A DNA stretch of 64,000 nucleotides from Campylobacteraceae bacterium (GTDB taxonomy: Bacteria > Campylobacterota > Campylobacteria > Campylobacterales > Sulfurovaceae): NCBI GenBank assembly GCA_027014605.1, contig JALWDJ010000091.1, positions 440 to 64,439 of the forward strand. Reading direction: 5' to 3'. The notes beneath the pieces are model-generated. The model worked only from the letters and a program-made list of their open reading frames with translations. It had not been told where the DNA came from and made no database searches. Of this stretch, positions 39,608-48,607 are shown in pieces (the stretch's first letter is position 1; each line of letters starts with the position of its first letter). The translations under genes were made by a program, and so were the position numbers.

Positions 39608-39988
39608 CTATTTTTTATTACCTTTTAGGTAAAGGTATATCGCTCTTATCTCCTCATCTGTCAAGTAATAGATAGGCATAATTCTATGCCTTACTATTCT
39701 ATGGTTTTGTCTATTTTTAAATCTATTAGATAGACTATCTTTTAACTCTTTTAGGCTATATTTTGTAATATTACTCCCCTTTAAGAGTTTAGGGTTTCCA
39801 TATTTATCATAATATTTAGCAATTTTATGCCCACCTTTTCCCCTTTTTCCATGACATTTACTACAAGGTATTCCTCTTGGATTATTATATAGCATCTTTC
39901 CATACTCAATATCAGATAAGAAGCTATCTCTTGTAGTACTATTATCGGATATAAGAAAAATAGGTAACAGAAGTAGTATAAGTCTCAT
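39608..39988 (-). CDS. small periplasmic mono-haem c-type cytochrome
   Basis: 126 aa; signal peptide; CSKCHG haem motif; distal Met in RIMPIYY. Confidence 0.7.
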   Translation of the reverse strand: MRLILLLLPIFLISDNSTTRDSFLSDIEYGKMLYNNPRGIPCSKCHGKRGKGGHKIAKYYDKYGNPKLLKGSNITKYSLKELKDSLSNRFKNRQNHRIVRHRIMPIYYLTDEEIRAIYLYLKGNKK

Positions 39989-40056
39989 ATTAGAAATGCC
40001 CTTTAATAAAAGATTTTTTGATATAATAGCGAAAATTTATTCAAAACGAGAAAATA

Positions 40057-40911
40057 ATGCAAATTATTGATGGAAAATCATTATCTAAAAAAGTCCAATC
40101 ATCTGTAAAAAAAGAGGTAGAAAAACTTAAAAAAGAGAAAAATATTGTACCAGGTCTTGCTGTTATTATTGTTGGTGATGACCCAGCAAGTCATGCCTAT
40201 GTATCTATGAAAGAGAAAGCCTGTAAGGCTGTAGGTTTTTACTCAATTGCACATAAGATGCCAGAGAGTATAACTGAAGATGAGATAATTCAAATTATTA
40301 CTATGATGAATAATAATCCTCATATTCATGGTATTTTAGTTCAATTACCACTTCCTCCACATATAGATACCACTAAAATCTTAGAGGTAATTGACCCTAA
40401 AAAAGATGTTGATGGGTTTCATGCTTATAATGTAGGTAGAATGGTTACAAATTTAGATAGTTTTGTAGCATGTACTCCATTGGGAGTTATGAAGATGTTT
40501 GATGAGTATAATATTGAACTAGAGGGAAAAGATATTGTCGTAGTTGGGGCTAGTAATATTGTTGGAAAACCCATGGCACTACTTCTTTTAAATAGAAATG
40601 CTACAGTAACTATAACTCATATTTATACTAAAGATTTAGCCTCTCATACTAGAAAAGCTGATATCATAATAGTAGGTGTTGGAGTTGTTAATTTAATAAA
40701 AGAAGATATGGTAAAAGATGGCGCAGTAGTTATTGATATTGGAATTAATAGATTAGATAATGGCTCTTTAGTTGGAGATGTTGATTTTAAAAGAGTTGCT
40801 CCAAAATGTTCATATATAACTCCCGTCCCAGGAGGTGTTGGTCCTATGACTATTGCTATGCTTCTATCAAATACATTAAAAGCTACAAAAGAGTTTGGAG
40901 AGAGTTTATAA
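40057..40911 (+). CDS. folD: bifunctional methylene-THF dehydrogenase / methenyl-THF cyclohydrolase
   Basis: 284 aa; GLAVIIVGDDPASHAYV; VQLPLP; PVPGGVGPMT. Confidence 0.9.
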   Translation: MQIIDGKSLSKKVQSSVKKEVEKLKKEKNIVPGLAVIIVGDDPASHAYVSMKEKACKAVGFYSIAHKMPESITEDEIIQIITMMNNNPHIHGILVQLPLPPHIDTTKILEVIDPKKDVDGFHAYNVGRMVTNLDSFVACTPLGVMKMFDEYNIELEGKDIVVVGASNIVGKPMALLLLNRNATVTITHIYTKDLASHTRKADIIIVGVGVVNLIKEDMVKDGAVVIDIGINRLDNGSLVGDVDFKRVAPKCSYITPVPGGVGPMTIAMLLSNTLKATKEFGESL

Positions 40912-41765
40912 TGAAAAACACTTTAAAGAGACTCTATAAGTTCTCTAACTCTTGGGTAGGTACAATTATTATTGTATTATTTCTTATATTTTTTGTAATA
41001 CAATCATTTGTAATTCCATCTGGTTCTATGAAAAGAACGCTTCTTATAGGTGATTTTTTATTTGCTAAAAAATTTGTATATGGTATTCCAATTCCAAAAC
41101 TTCCATGGATAGAGATACCATTAGTACCTGATTTTAATAATAATGGACACCTCATAGAGGGGGATAAACCGAAAAGAGGTGATATAGTTATATTTTTATA
41201 TCCAAATAATCATAAAGTTCACTATGTAAAAAGATGTGTAGCTATAGGTGGAGATGAGATTATATATCAAAATAAACATCTATATATTCATTTTAAAGAG
41301 GGAGATAAATATATTAAAGATAACTATCCTAAAGATAAGATTAAGAAATTTTATGGACAGTTATGGGTAGATAATCCATATATGAGTAAATATCCAGGTA
41401 TTCAATATAATCCTAATGGACATGAAAATATATTTAAACTTCTTATAGAGAGTTATATGTATAGTAAAGATGGTATAGATATGAGTCCAATATATGTAAG
41501 AGAGTTAGGAGGAAATATTTTTAGGGTAAAAGGACAACCTGTAAATGCATTATATAAAAAGATTGAAAAAGATAGATTTTATATGATGGGGGATAATAGA
41601 GATAACTCTAATGATAGTCGTTTTTGGGGTTCTGTTCCGTATAGTTTAGTTATTGGAAAACCTTGGTTTATCTATTTCTCATGGGATAATGATACTAAAA
41701 AGATAAGATGGGATAGAGTTGGTAGATTTGTAAATAGTATTCAATATGAAAAACCAAGATATTAA
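40911..41765 (+). CDS. lepB: signal peptidase I
   Basis: ATG 40911 overlaps the folD stop (TAATG); IPSGSMKRTL Ser box; YVKRCVAIGGD Lys box; GDNRDNSNDSRFWG. Confidence 0.85.
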   Translation: MKNTLKRLYKFSNSWVGTIIIVLFLIFFVIQSFVIPSGSMKRTLLIGDFLFAKKFVYGIPIPKLPWIEIPLVPDFNNNGHLIEGDKPKRGDIVIFLYPNNHKVHYVKRCVAIGGDEIIYQNKHLYIHFKEGDKYIKDNYPKDKIKKFYGQLWVDNPYMSKYPGIQYNPNGHENIFKLLIESYMYSKDGIDMSPIYVRELGGNIFRVKGQPVNALYKKIEKDRFYMMGDNRDNSNDSRFWGSVPYSLVIGKPWFIYFSWDNDTKKIRWDRVGRFVNSIQYEKPRY

Positions 41766-41777
41766 ATAGGAGGTAGT

Positions 41778-42260
41778 ATGAGATTTTATATAGCAACAGA
41801 CCATGCAGGATATGTTATAAAAGAATTTACAAAAGATATTGTTCGTTCTTTAGGGCATGAGATTATAGATTTAGGACCAAATAGTGCAGATAGGGTTGAT
41901 TATCCCGATTTTGCTAAAAAATGTGCAAATGCTGTCATCAAAGATAAAGGAAGTTTTGGTATTTTAATATGTGGAACAGGTATTGGAATTTCTATTTCGG
42001 CAAATAAAATTCAAGGAATAAGAGCTGCATTGTGTCACGATGCCTATACTGCTTCCATGAGTAGAGCTCATAATGATGCTAATATATTAGCTTTTGGAGA
42101 AAGAGTTGTTGGTAGAGGTGTTGTTGAGAGTATAATAGAAGCTTTTTGTAATACCCCTTTTGAGGGAGGACGACATTTAAATAGGGTTAATAAGATAGAA
42201 GATGGATGTAGTTTTGGAGCTAATTTATCAAAAAATCTTCAAGAAAACCCCGAACTCTAA
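41778..42260 (+). CDS. rpiB: ribose-5-phosphate isomerase B, with the last ~11 codons and stop encoded by repeat copy 2
   Basis: 160 aa; GILICGTGIGISISANK; FEGGRHLNRVNKIE; tail LSKNLQENPEL lies inside 42226-42260. Confidence 0.85.
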   Translation: MRFYIATDHAGYVIKEFTKDIVRSLGHEIIDLGPNSADRVDYPDFAKKCANAVIKDKGSFGILICGTGIGISISANKIQGIRAALCHDAYTASMSRAHNDANILAFGERVVGRGVVESIIEAFCNTPFEGGRHLNRVNKIEDGCSFGANLSKNLQENPEL

Positions 42261-42273
42261 GACGGGGATGAAT
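42226..42273 (+). repeat. copy 2 of the 48-nt element, with an intact hairpin (CCCCG 42248-42252 / CGGGG 42263-42267)
   Basis: 43/48 identical to 2864-2911; immediately precedes the tnpB remnants. Confidence 0.75.
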
Positions 42274-42439
42274 AGAAGAGCATAGCTAAAGAGATATTTA
42301 GTAAAATAAACATAATAAAAAATATAAATAAACAAAAAGAATTGATACTTGAGTAAACTAGATATTCCAAATCTATCTTACCTAAAAAGAGTCAATCTAT
42401 CTTAGACCATCAAATATTTATCTATAATCAAGCCTATAA

Positions 42440-42808
42440 TATCTGTCTCAATCTTTGGAAAGAGGAGCAAAAGAAAAAGCGATAACTTCAAAAGAGAAAG
42501 CAAAAGCAATAAATCTAGATTTCCCAAAATTTAAATCATCAAAAGATATAAATCAATCTTTTAATTGGAACAATTAGAGCTACTCAATTTTAAAGCAAGA
42601 TAGTGAACGATTTAAAATACTAAGACTCAATAAATAGACTATGCTTAATGAGAAACTATTTGTAAAAGTTAACCCACAATATAGAAGTCAAACTTGCAAT
42701 AGGTGTGGGTATATAGATAAAAACAATCGTAAAACTCAGTCTAAATTCAAGTGTTTAAAGTGTCATTATGAAGATAATGCTGATATTAACGCTAGTAAGA
42801 ATATATAG
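42440..42808 (+). pseudogene. tnpB: tnpB (IS605 OrfB) pseudogene fragments
   Basis: 42641-42808 reads MLNEKLFVKVNPQYRSQTCNRCGYIDKNNRKTQSKFKCLKCHYEDNADINASKNI* (Zn-finger / RuvC-III signature); QLELLNFKAR at 42571-42600 is in another frame; stops throughout. Confidence 0.7.
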
Positions 42809-42919
42809 AAGAGAGGATTGGAGTCTCTTGGGCTAGGAACTAACCTTTAAGACTATAAATCAGAAAGCCTTTCAAATTCAGATTTGTTGAAATCTGCTAG
42901 TTATGAAGCCTCTAGCTCT

Positions 42920-44203
42920 TTAGCTACTATGTTTGCTAAACTCATTAATATAAGTTTTTATTCTAGCTCTCTCTTCTCTATCTTCCATCTGATTATTCCA
43001 CTCTTTTAGAGTATCAAAACTCCAATTATCAAATTTATAATTTTTATATTTATCTTTCCATCTTTCCATAGCCTCATCTTGATTTATATCTTGTGCATCT
43101 TTTAAGATTTGAAGCATCTCTAATTGAGGTTTTGTATCTTTTATATCTAATAGTGATTGATTTGCTAATTCTCTATACTCTCTATCATCTCTATTAGTAA
43201 CAAGTGCTAATTCAATGTTATTTATAACAGCATATTCAAAGTTTTGTGAAGAACCTCTATTCTTATTATCTCGATATTTATCAATAATTTTATCTAATAT
43301 CTCCATAGAAGCCTCTTTATCCTCTTTTGCTATAATATAACTTTTAGCAAATAGTGCATCAGAGACTTTATCTTTAAATTCACTATAGGGACTAAGTTTT
43401 TGGATAATATCATCATATAGTTCAATAGCCTCATCACTATTATTAATAAGATATGCTTTAGAAAACTCTATATCAACGAGCTCTTTTAATAGTTCCATAT
43501 CTTTTGTATCTTGAAGTCTATCTATTATTTCATCATAAATCTCAATAGTATCGCTCTCATCTATTGATAGAGTAGCTTTAGCATTTTGTGCATTGACATA
43601 TAATTTTAAAAGCTCTATATTACTACTCTCTTTAAATTTATCTGCTATTTCATCATATATATATATAGCTTCATCTCTATTTAGCATAGTAGCTTTAAAT
43701 TTTTCTGCTTTAGCATAAAATTTTAAAAGCTCTACATTAGAGCTATCTTTAAATTTATCTATGATATTATTATAGACTTTAATAGCACTCTCATTATCTT
43801 TGAGATAAGTTTTATATATATAAGCTTTTAAAAAATTTGCTCCTACAAATCTTTTTAACTTTTTTATGTTATTACTATTTTTTAATTTATTAATAATATG
43901 ATTATATTTTTCAAGTGCTTTTTTATAATGTTCTTCATCTGTTAAATTAGTAGCCTCTTTAAAAAGCAACTCAATATCATTAATATCACTCTTTTTTTCT
44001 ATAATATTTGATTTATTATTATCTACTTTTATATCTGGTTCTATATTATCTATATTAATATCTTCTTCAACAATCTCTTTAGTATTTGCACTATATCTAA
44101 TCTCTTTTGTATTACTTTTTTTAATATCATTATTAAAATAGATAGATTTCATACTAAAAAGAGATACGATAGTAACAACAAGTAGTGAAAAATTTTTTAA
44201 CAT
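42920..44203 (-). CDS. secreted or anchored protein with about six tandem ~38-40-aa TPR-like repeats
   Basis: 427 aa; N-terminal hydrophobic segment; repeats such as AIKVYNNIIDKFKDSSNVELLKFYAKAEKFKATM and AIYIYDEIADKFKESSNIELLKLYVNAQNAKATL. Confidence 0.55.
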   Translation of the reverse strand: MLKNFSLLVVTIVSLFSMKSIYFNNDIKKSNTKEIRYSANTKEIVEEDINIDNIEPDIKVDNNKSNIIEKKSDINDIELLFKEATNLTDEEHYKKALEKYNHIINKLKNSNNIKKLKRFVGANFLKAYIYKTYLKDNESAIKVYNNIIDKFKDSSNVELLKFYAKAEKFKATMLNRDEAIYIYDEIADKFKESSNIELLKLYVNAQNAKATLSIDESDTIEIYDEIIDRLQDTKDMELLKELVDIEFSKAYLINNSDEAIELYDDIIQKLSPYSEFKDKVSDALFAKSYIIAKEDKEASMEILDKIIDKYRDNKNRGSSQNFEYAVINNIELALVTNRDDREYRELANQSLLDIKDTKPQLEMLQILKDAQDINQDEAMERWKDKYKNYKFDNWSFDTLKEWNNQMEDREERARIKTYINEFSKHSS

Positions 44204-44345
44204 AATTAGCTCCTAAAATATTATTTTTTATTATAGCATATTTTATATAACATATAAAAATAAATTACAACTTTAAGTAATTATTTTTTTTAATTATGTT
44301 ATTATATTAACAGTTAATAACATTTTGCTCTAAAAGGAGATAATT

Positions 44346-44900
44346 ATGAAAATAGATAGTAGAGAAATTTATAAACAGAGAGTAGAGAAATTAGATAATC
44401 TAAAGATTAAAATTGATGATATAAAATCAAAAATAGGTAAAATAGAAAAAGAGATACTAGAGATAAAGCAGTTAGATAGATATTTTACTTTTAAAGAGAC
44501 TGTAGATAAAGGAAAAAAAAGAAAAATATATAAGGTTGATAATATTATATTTTTTAATAATCTTATGTATCAGAGATTTCCAGATAAAAATCTATATAGT
44601 TGGCAGGAGGCAATAGAGTATGGGAAAAAGTTAAAGATTTCAGGTTATAGAGGTTGGAGACTTCCTACAATAGATGAATTGGAGGTTCTTTTTACTAAGC
44701 AGAGTAAAATAAATTCTTATGGAGATAGCCACTATATTATTAAAGATTTTTTGGAAGTTATGCCAACAGATAGTATCTTTTGGAGTATATCTCAAGAAAA
44801 TGAACCCTATGCTTGGGTAGCAGATTTTAGCAGAGGATATGACTATTGGAGATTAAAAAAGTTAAAATATCATGCTCTTTTTGTTAGAGATATTAAGTAA
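44346..44900 (+). CDS. DUF1566 (Lcl C-terminal-like) domain protein with N-terminal coiled coil
   Basis: 184 aa; YSWQEAIEYGKKLKISGYRGWRLPTIDELEVLF; AAGGAG RBS. Confidence 0.55.
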   Translation: MKIDSREIYKQRVEKLDNLKIKIDDIKSKIGKIEKEILEIKQLDRYFTFKETVDKGKKRKIYKVDNIIFFNNLMYQRFPDKNLYSWQEAIEYGKKLKISGYRGWRLPTIDELEVLFTKQSKINSYGDSHYIIKDFLEVMPTDSIFWSISQENEPYAWVADFSRGYDYWRLKKLKYHALFVRDIK

Positions 44901-45900
44901 CTCTACTCCATAATCTTAAATCAACTCCTACTCTATTTTGATGTAGAAATTCTAAATCTATATCTACGCTATATGATGAGTTGTGAGAAGATAATTTTGG
45001 AGTTTGATACTGTAGTAGCCAATCTATCCTATCTCTCAAAGAATTTAACATACCTTCTCCACCCTCAATTAGGATAAAAGATTTTCTCTTGAACTCATCT
45101 TCTAAATCTGAAGAGATTAAAATCTCTCTCTCTTTAACCTTAAATAGAGGAATTTTTTTATCAAATTTATCTCTTTTAGAGTAGATAATAATATCTGGTG
45201 CTTTATTCTTATCTATAAATCTACAATCTAATGTAGGTCTATCAACTCTTACGGTGTTTCCTCCAATAATCATATTTGAGCAGACAGAACGCAACTGATG
45301 TACATGAGTTAAAGACTCTTTTGAGCTTAAATATCCCCCTCCAATCTTTCCATTCGAGGTTTGTGCTATTTTAAAAAGTATAAAAGCTCTCTTTTGCCAA
45401 ATTAAAAAAGGCTCTATTAAATCTTTTGCCTCTTTTTCACAAATACCCACTTCAATCTCTATTCCTTGCTCTTTAAGTTTCTCTACTCCTCCACTATGTT
45501 CTTTTATGGGGTCACTAGTAGCAATAACTATTTTTTTAGGTTTTAACTCTGATATAAGAGAGGCACAAGATGGAGTTTTCCCTATATGGGAACATGGTTC
45601 AAGTGTTACATAGATTATACAATCTGAAAAGAAACCTTTTGGTAGAGAATATAGAAATTTATGAGCCTTATAAGCATCAAATCTATCAAAATCTATCTTT
45701 TTACCTGAAAGAGTCTCATAGGCAAAAAGAAAAGCTAAAACCTCTGCATGAGAAGTTCCTGCCTTTTGATGTGCTTCTAGTGCTACTATTTTATTATTGC
45801 AAACAATTAATGCTCCAACGGTAGGATTTGGATATGTTTTTAATTGATAATCCCATGCTTTTTTTATGGCTTGAGTCATATATATCTGATTAGTTATCAT
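44893..45900 (-). CDS. ribD: bifunctional riboflavin deaminase/reductase
   Basis: 335 aa; HAEVLAF...VTLEPCSHIGKTPSCA deaminase Zn site; reductase-like C-half. Confidence 0.85.
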   Translation of the reverse strand: MITNQIYMTQAIKKAWDYQLKTYPNPTVGALIVCNNKIVALEAHQKAGTSHAEVLAFLFAYETLSGKKIDFDRFDAYKAHKFLYSLPKGFFSDCIIYVTLEPCSHIGKTPSCASLISELKPKKIVIATSDPIKEHSGGVEKLKEQGIEIEVGICEKEAKDLIEPFLIWQKRAFILFKIAQTSNGKIGGGYLSSKESLTHVHQLRSVCSNMIIGGNTVRVDRPTLDCRFIDKNKAPDIIIYSKRDKFDKKIPLFKVKEREILISSDLEDEFKRKSFILIEGGEGMLNSLRDRIDWLLQYQTPKLSSHNSSYSVDIDLEFLHQNRVGVDLRLWSRVT

Positions 45901-45949
45901 AGATTACCTTTTAAGAGTAAAATTTAATTTTTTATAATTTTAATTACAA

Positions 45950-46729
45950 TTAAACCAATTTAATTAATCCATTTTCAATAGTAATTAAACCCTCTAATTC
46001 TGCCTCATAGACTCTAGTATTAAATTTTCTAATGGCTTCATCTAATGTTGGTGAGGTTTGACAGAAATAGAAAAAATCATCTCTTTGAATATTATTATTT
46101 TTAGGTATGACACCGTATTTATTGGCAAATTCATCAATATTATATATAGGCTCTGCTAAACCTTTAGATAGAAGAGTGTTTGTCCCCATACTCTCATCTA
46201 AGCGATGAGGTAGTACAAAAATAGGTTTCCCCATCTTTAGAGCAAACTCAACTGAACGCATAGAGCCACTATTGTTATCTGCCTCTGTTACGATTAAAAT
46301 ATCTCCTAAAGCTACAACAAGTTCATTTCGTACAACAAAACTCCAAGGTGTTGGTTTGAAAGTTTTTGGAAATTGACTTAAGATTAAACCATCTTTTTCT
46401 ATCTCTTCAATCAAAAAACGGTTAACTGATGGGTATCTAATATCTAAACTATTTGCTACAACAGCTATACTATTTTTAGCTGTAGCAGAGCTATGTGCTA
46501 TAGCATCAACACCCATAGCTACACCACTAACAATAGTTACTCCTCTATCGCTTAGAGCTTTCGCTATTTGGTGTGTAGCCTGTTTTGTATAGTTTAATGG
46601 TCGTCTTGAGCCAACAATAGATACTTTTGGTCTATTTAGAAGAGTCTTATCTCCAATATAGTATAACTCCTTAGGGTATCTTTTCATACTATCCAACTCT
46701 TCTATATGCCAATCTACTTTTTCTATCAA
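45950..46729 (-). CDS. dprA: DNA-processing protein A (SMF family); start uncertain (TTG 46729 with AGGAG RBS, TTG 46771 or ATG 46687)
   Basis: PKVSIVGSRRPLNYTKQ; VTIVSGVAMGVDAIAH; SGSMRSVEFALKMGKPIFVLPHR. Confidence 0.8.
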   Translation of the reverse strand: MIEKVDWHIEELDSMKRYPKELYYIGDKTLLNRPKVSIVGSRRPLNYTKQATHQIAKALSDRGVTIVSGVAMGVDAIAHSSATAKNSIAVVANSLDIRYPSVNRFLIEEIEKDGLILSQFPKTFKPTPWSFVVRNELVVALGDILIVTEADNNSGSMRSVEFALKMGKPIFVLPHRLDESMGTNTLLSKGLAEPIYNIDEFANKYGVIPKNNNIQRDDFFYFCQTSPTLDEAIRKFNTRVYEAELEGLITIENGLIKLV

Positions 46730-46739
46730 GACATCTCCT

Positions 46740-48110
46740 CTATAGCATAATGCCCCATAGATAGTATGCAACTGTAGCTACTAAGAGTATCCCTATAAGA
46801 TTTGCTTTAAATCCAATTCTTGCCATAGTTTTAATAGGAATTACTTTTGAACTCATAATAATAGCATTTGGAGGGGTTGCAATTGGTAGCATAAAAGCAT
46901 AACTTGCCGATACTGTAGCAACCATTAGGAGTAAAATACCCTCTCCTCCTGACATATCTTTTGCAAACTCATAAAATATAGGTACTGCTATTGAGGTTAG
47001 AGCTGTATTGCTTGTAACCTCTGTTGAGAATGCAACAACAAAAGAGACAAGTAAAAACATCCAAAATAGAGGCATATCGCTAATAAAGTTCAATTTATGT
47101 GCTATATCAGATGCTAAACCTGTACCTCCAAATGCTCTTGCAATACTAAATCCTGCTCCAAACAGGAAAATAATCTCATAAGGCAGACTTCTAGTATCTT
47201 CCCAATTTAAAAATCCTATTTCTGGCATAAACATTAAAAGTCCAAATCCTAAAAGAATTATCTTTTCATTAAAGGCAAATCCAAACATCTGTTTAGTAAA
47301 TGTATTAATAACTAAAATTAGGGCTAAGACTCCCATAATTATATATAATCTCTTCTGTTCTTGATTTAGAGTAGAAATATCCCCATCTCCAATCCCTTTT
47401 ACAGACTCATCTTTTACACTAAAAGAGAGTAGCCAAGGGATAATAAGTAACATAATTACAACTATAGGTAACATCATATATACCCACTGTCCAAACTCAA
47501 CTGTAGGAAGTCCCTTATCTTCTAAAAATCCTAATAATATAAGATTTGGTGGTGTTCCAATTGGTGTTAAGATACCACCTACACTAGCACCATAAGCAGT
47601 AGCTAAGAGAAATCTAATCTTTAATTTTATATTTTCACTTAAAAACATAGCAATAGGCATTAGAAGAAGTGTAATTGTTGTATTTGATAAGATTGAGCTA
47701 AGTAGTGCCGAGGTTATTGCTAGTGCATATATAATTCCTGTTGCAGTCTTTGGAAAAAAACTTAATAGCTTAGCTGAAAAGTATTGATGTAGTTTTGTCT
47801 TTTCAATAGCAATAGCCAACATAAACCCACCTAAAAATAGAAATATAATAGATTTAGAGTAGTTTACTGTAGTATCATTTAAATTTAAAATCCCAAAGGC
47901 AGGAAATAGGATAATTGGTAATAGAGAGACTACCCCTAAAGGTAGTGCCTCATTTGTCCAGATGGTAACTAAAAAGGCTACAACTCCAATTAGAGTTGAT
48001 TGTATATTATTAAAAAAGTTAAATGATACAATATAAAATGCTAACCCAATAGCAAGAGCATATATGATAGGTTTATATATATTTATAATTTTCTTCATAA
48101 AAGTCTCCAA
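46740..48110 (-). CDS. DASS/SLC13-family anion:Na+ symporter
   Basis: 456 aa polytopic protein; TNEALPLGVVSLLPIILFPAFGIL; duplicated GTPPN / ATPPN hairpin motifs. Confidence 0.7.
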   Translation of the reverse strand: METFMKKIINIYKPIIYALAIGLAFYIVSFNFFNNIQSTLIGVVAFLVTIWTNEALPLGVVSLLPIILFPAFGILNLNDTTVNYSKSIIFLFLGGFMLAIAIEKTKLHQYFSAKLLSFFPKTATGIIYALAITSALLSSILSNTTITLLLMPIAMFLSENIKLKIRFLLATAYGASVGGILTPIGTPPNLILLGFLEDKGLPTVEFGQWVYMMLPIVVIMLLIIPWLLSFSVKDESVKGIGDGDISTLNQEQKRLYIIMGVLALILVINTFTKQMFGFAFNEKIILLGFGLLMFMPEIGFLNWEDTRSLPYEIIFLFGAGFSIARAFGGTGLASDIAHKLNFISDMPLFWMFLLVSFVVAFSTEVTSNTALTSIAVPIFYEFAKDMSGGEGILLLMVATVSASYAFMLPIATPPNAIIMSSKVIPIKTMARIGFKANLIGILLVATVAYYLWGIML

Positions 48111-48145
48111 TATTTTTCAACATATTATATCACTTTAATAGTTAA

Positions 48146-48607
48146 TTAATATAATTTCATAGGTATAAAATATCTATTATCTAATATATCTTTTAAAATT
48201 TTATCTTCTGATAGATAGATAAATATTCTTCTCCAATCTGACTCTTTAAAGTTATGAGTATGTTTTAACCATAAAGAGTTGTTTTTAGGGTTTCCATTAG
48301 CTTGAGTATTTTCTGTAATGTGACAAACTTGTCTAAATCTACAAGCTCCATAACAGCCTGTTCTAGTTATCTTAATTCTATTTTCTCCCCTATTTAGACC
48401 CATATCTTTTATAATATCTCTTAGATATGAGGCTTTATCTATCTTTCCTGCCTTTTTACACCTCTCTCCATCACATATAAATATAAGAGTCTTATAGTGC
48501 ATAATTGGTCTATTGGCATCATAATTTTTAGGTTTACATCTATACCCCTCTAAAACCTCTGAACCCATCTCATTAACTCTATTTTCCATTATATTTTTTA
48601 TCTCCAT
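48146..48607 (-). CDS. thioredoxin-like [2Fe-2S] ferredoxin (CbiW-like); start chosen at ATG 48607 (AAGGA RBS)
   Basis: Cys pattern ICDGERC ... GCYGAC (C-x4-C ... C-x3-C); overlaps the 3' end of cbiC. Confidence 0.5.
   Translation of the reverse strand: MEIKNIMENRVNEMGSEVLEGYRCKPKNYDANRPIMHYKTLIFICDGERCKKAGKIDKASYLRDIIKDMGLNRGENRIKITRTGCYGACRFRQVCHITENTQANGNPKNNSLWLKHTHNFKESDWRRIFIYLSEDKILKDILDNRYFIPMKLY

Larger units (their letters stand above)
42226..42915 (+). mobile_element. decayed, internally deleted IS200/IS605-family (tnpB-only) element; boundaries approximate
   Basis: Hairpin-bearing end, TnpB C-terminal fragments and about 100 nt of trailing non-coding sequence; no tnpA. Confidence 0.6.

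Noticed and set aside
40806-40910. The long N-terminal extension of lepB in the track ORF, overlapping folD by 105 nt.
   Set aside because: The extension (MFIYNSRPRRCWSYDYCY...) is just the folD region read in another frame. ATG 40911 gives a normal signal-peptidase N-terminus with a TM anchor and a TAATG junction.
2864-42915. The idea that the 39-kb segment between the repeat copies is an integrative island or a giant IS-bounded transposable unit.
   Set aside because: There is no integrase, recombinase or tnpA. The segment includes the housekeeping genes folD, lepB and rpiB. Single-strand IS200/IS605 transposition of 40 kb is implausible. The repeats are better read as relics of independent insertions or recombination scars.
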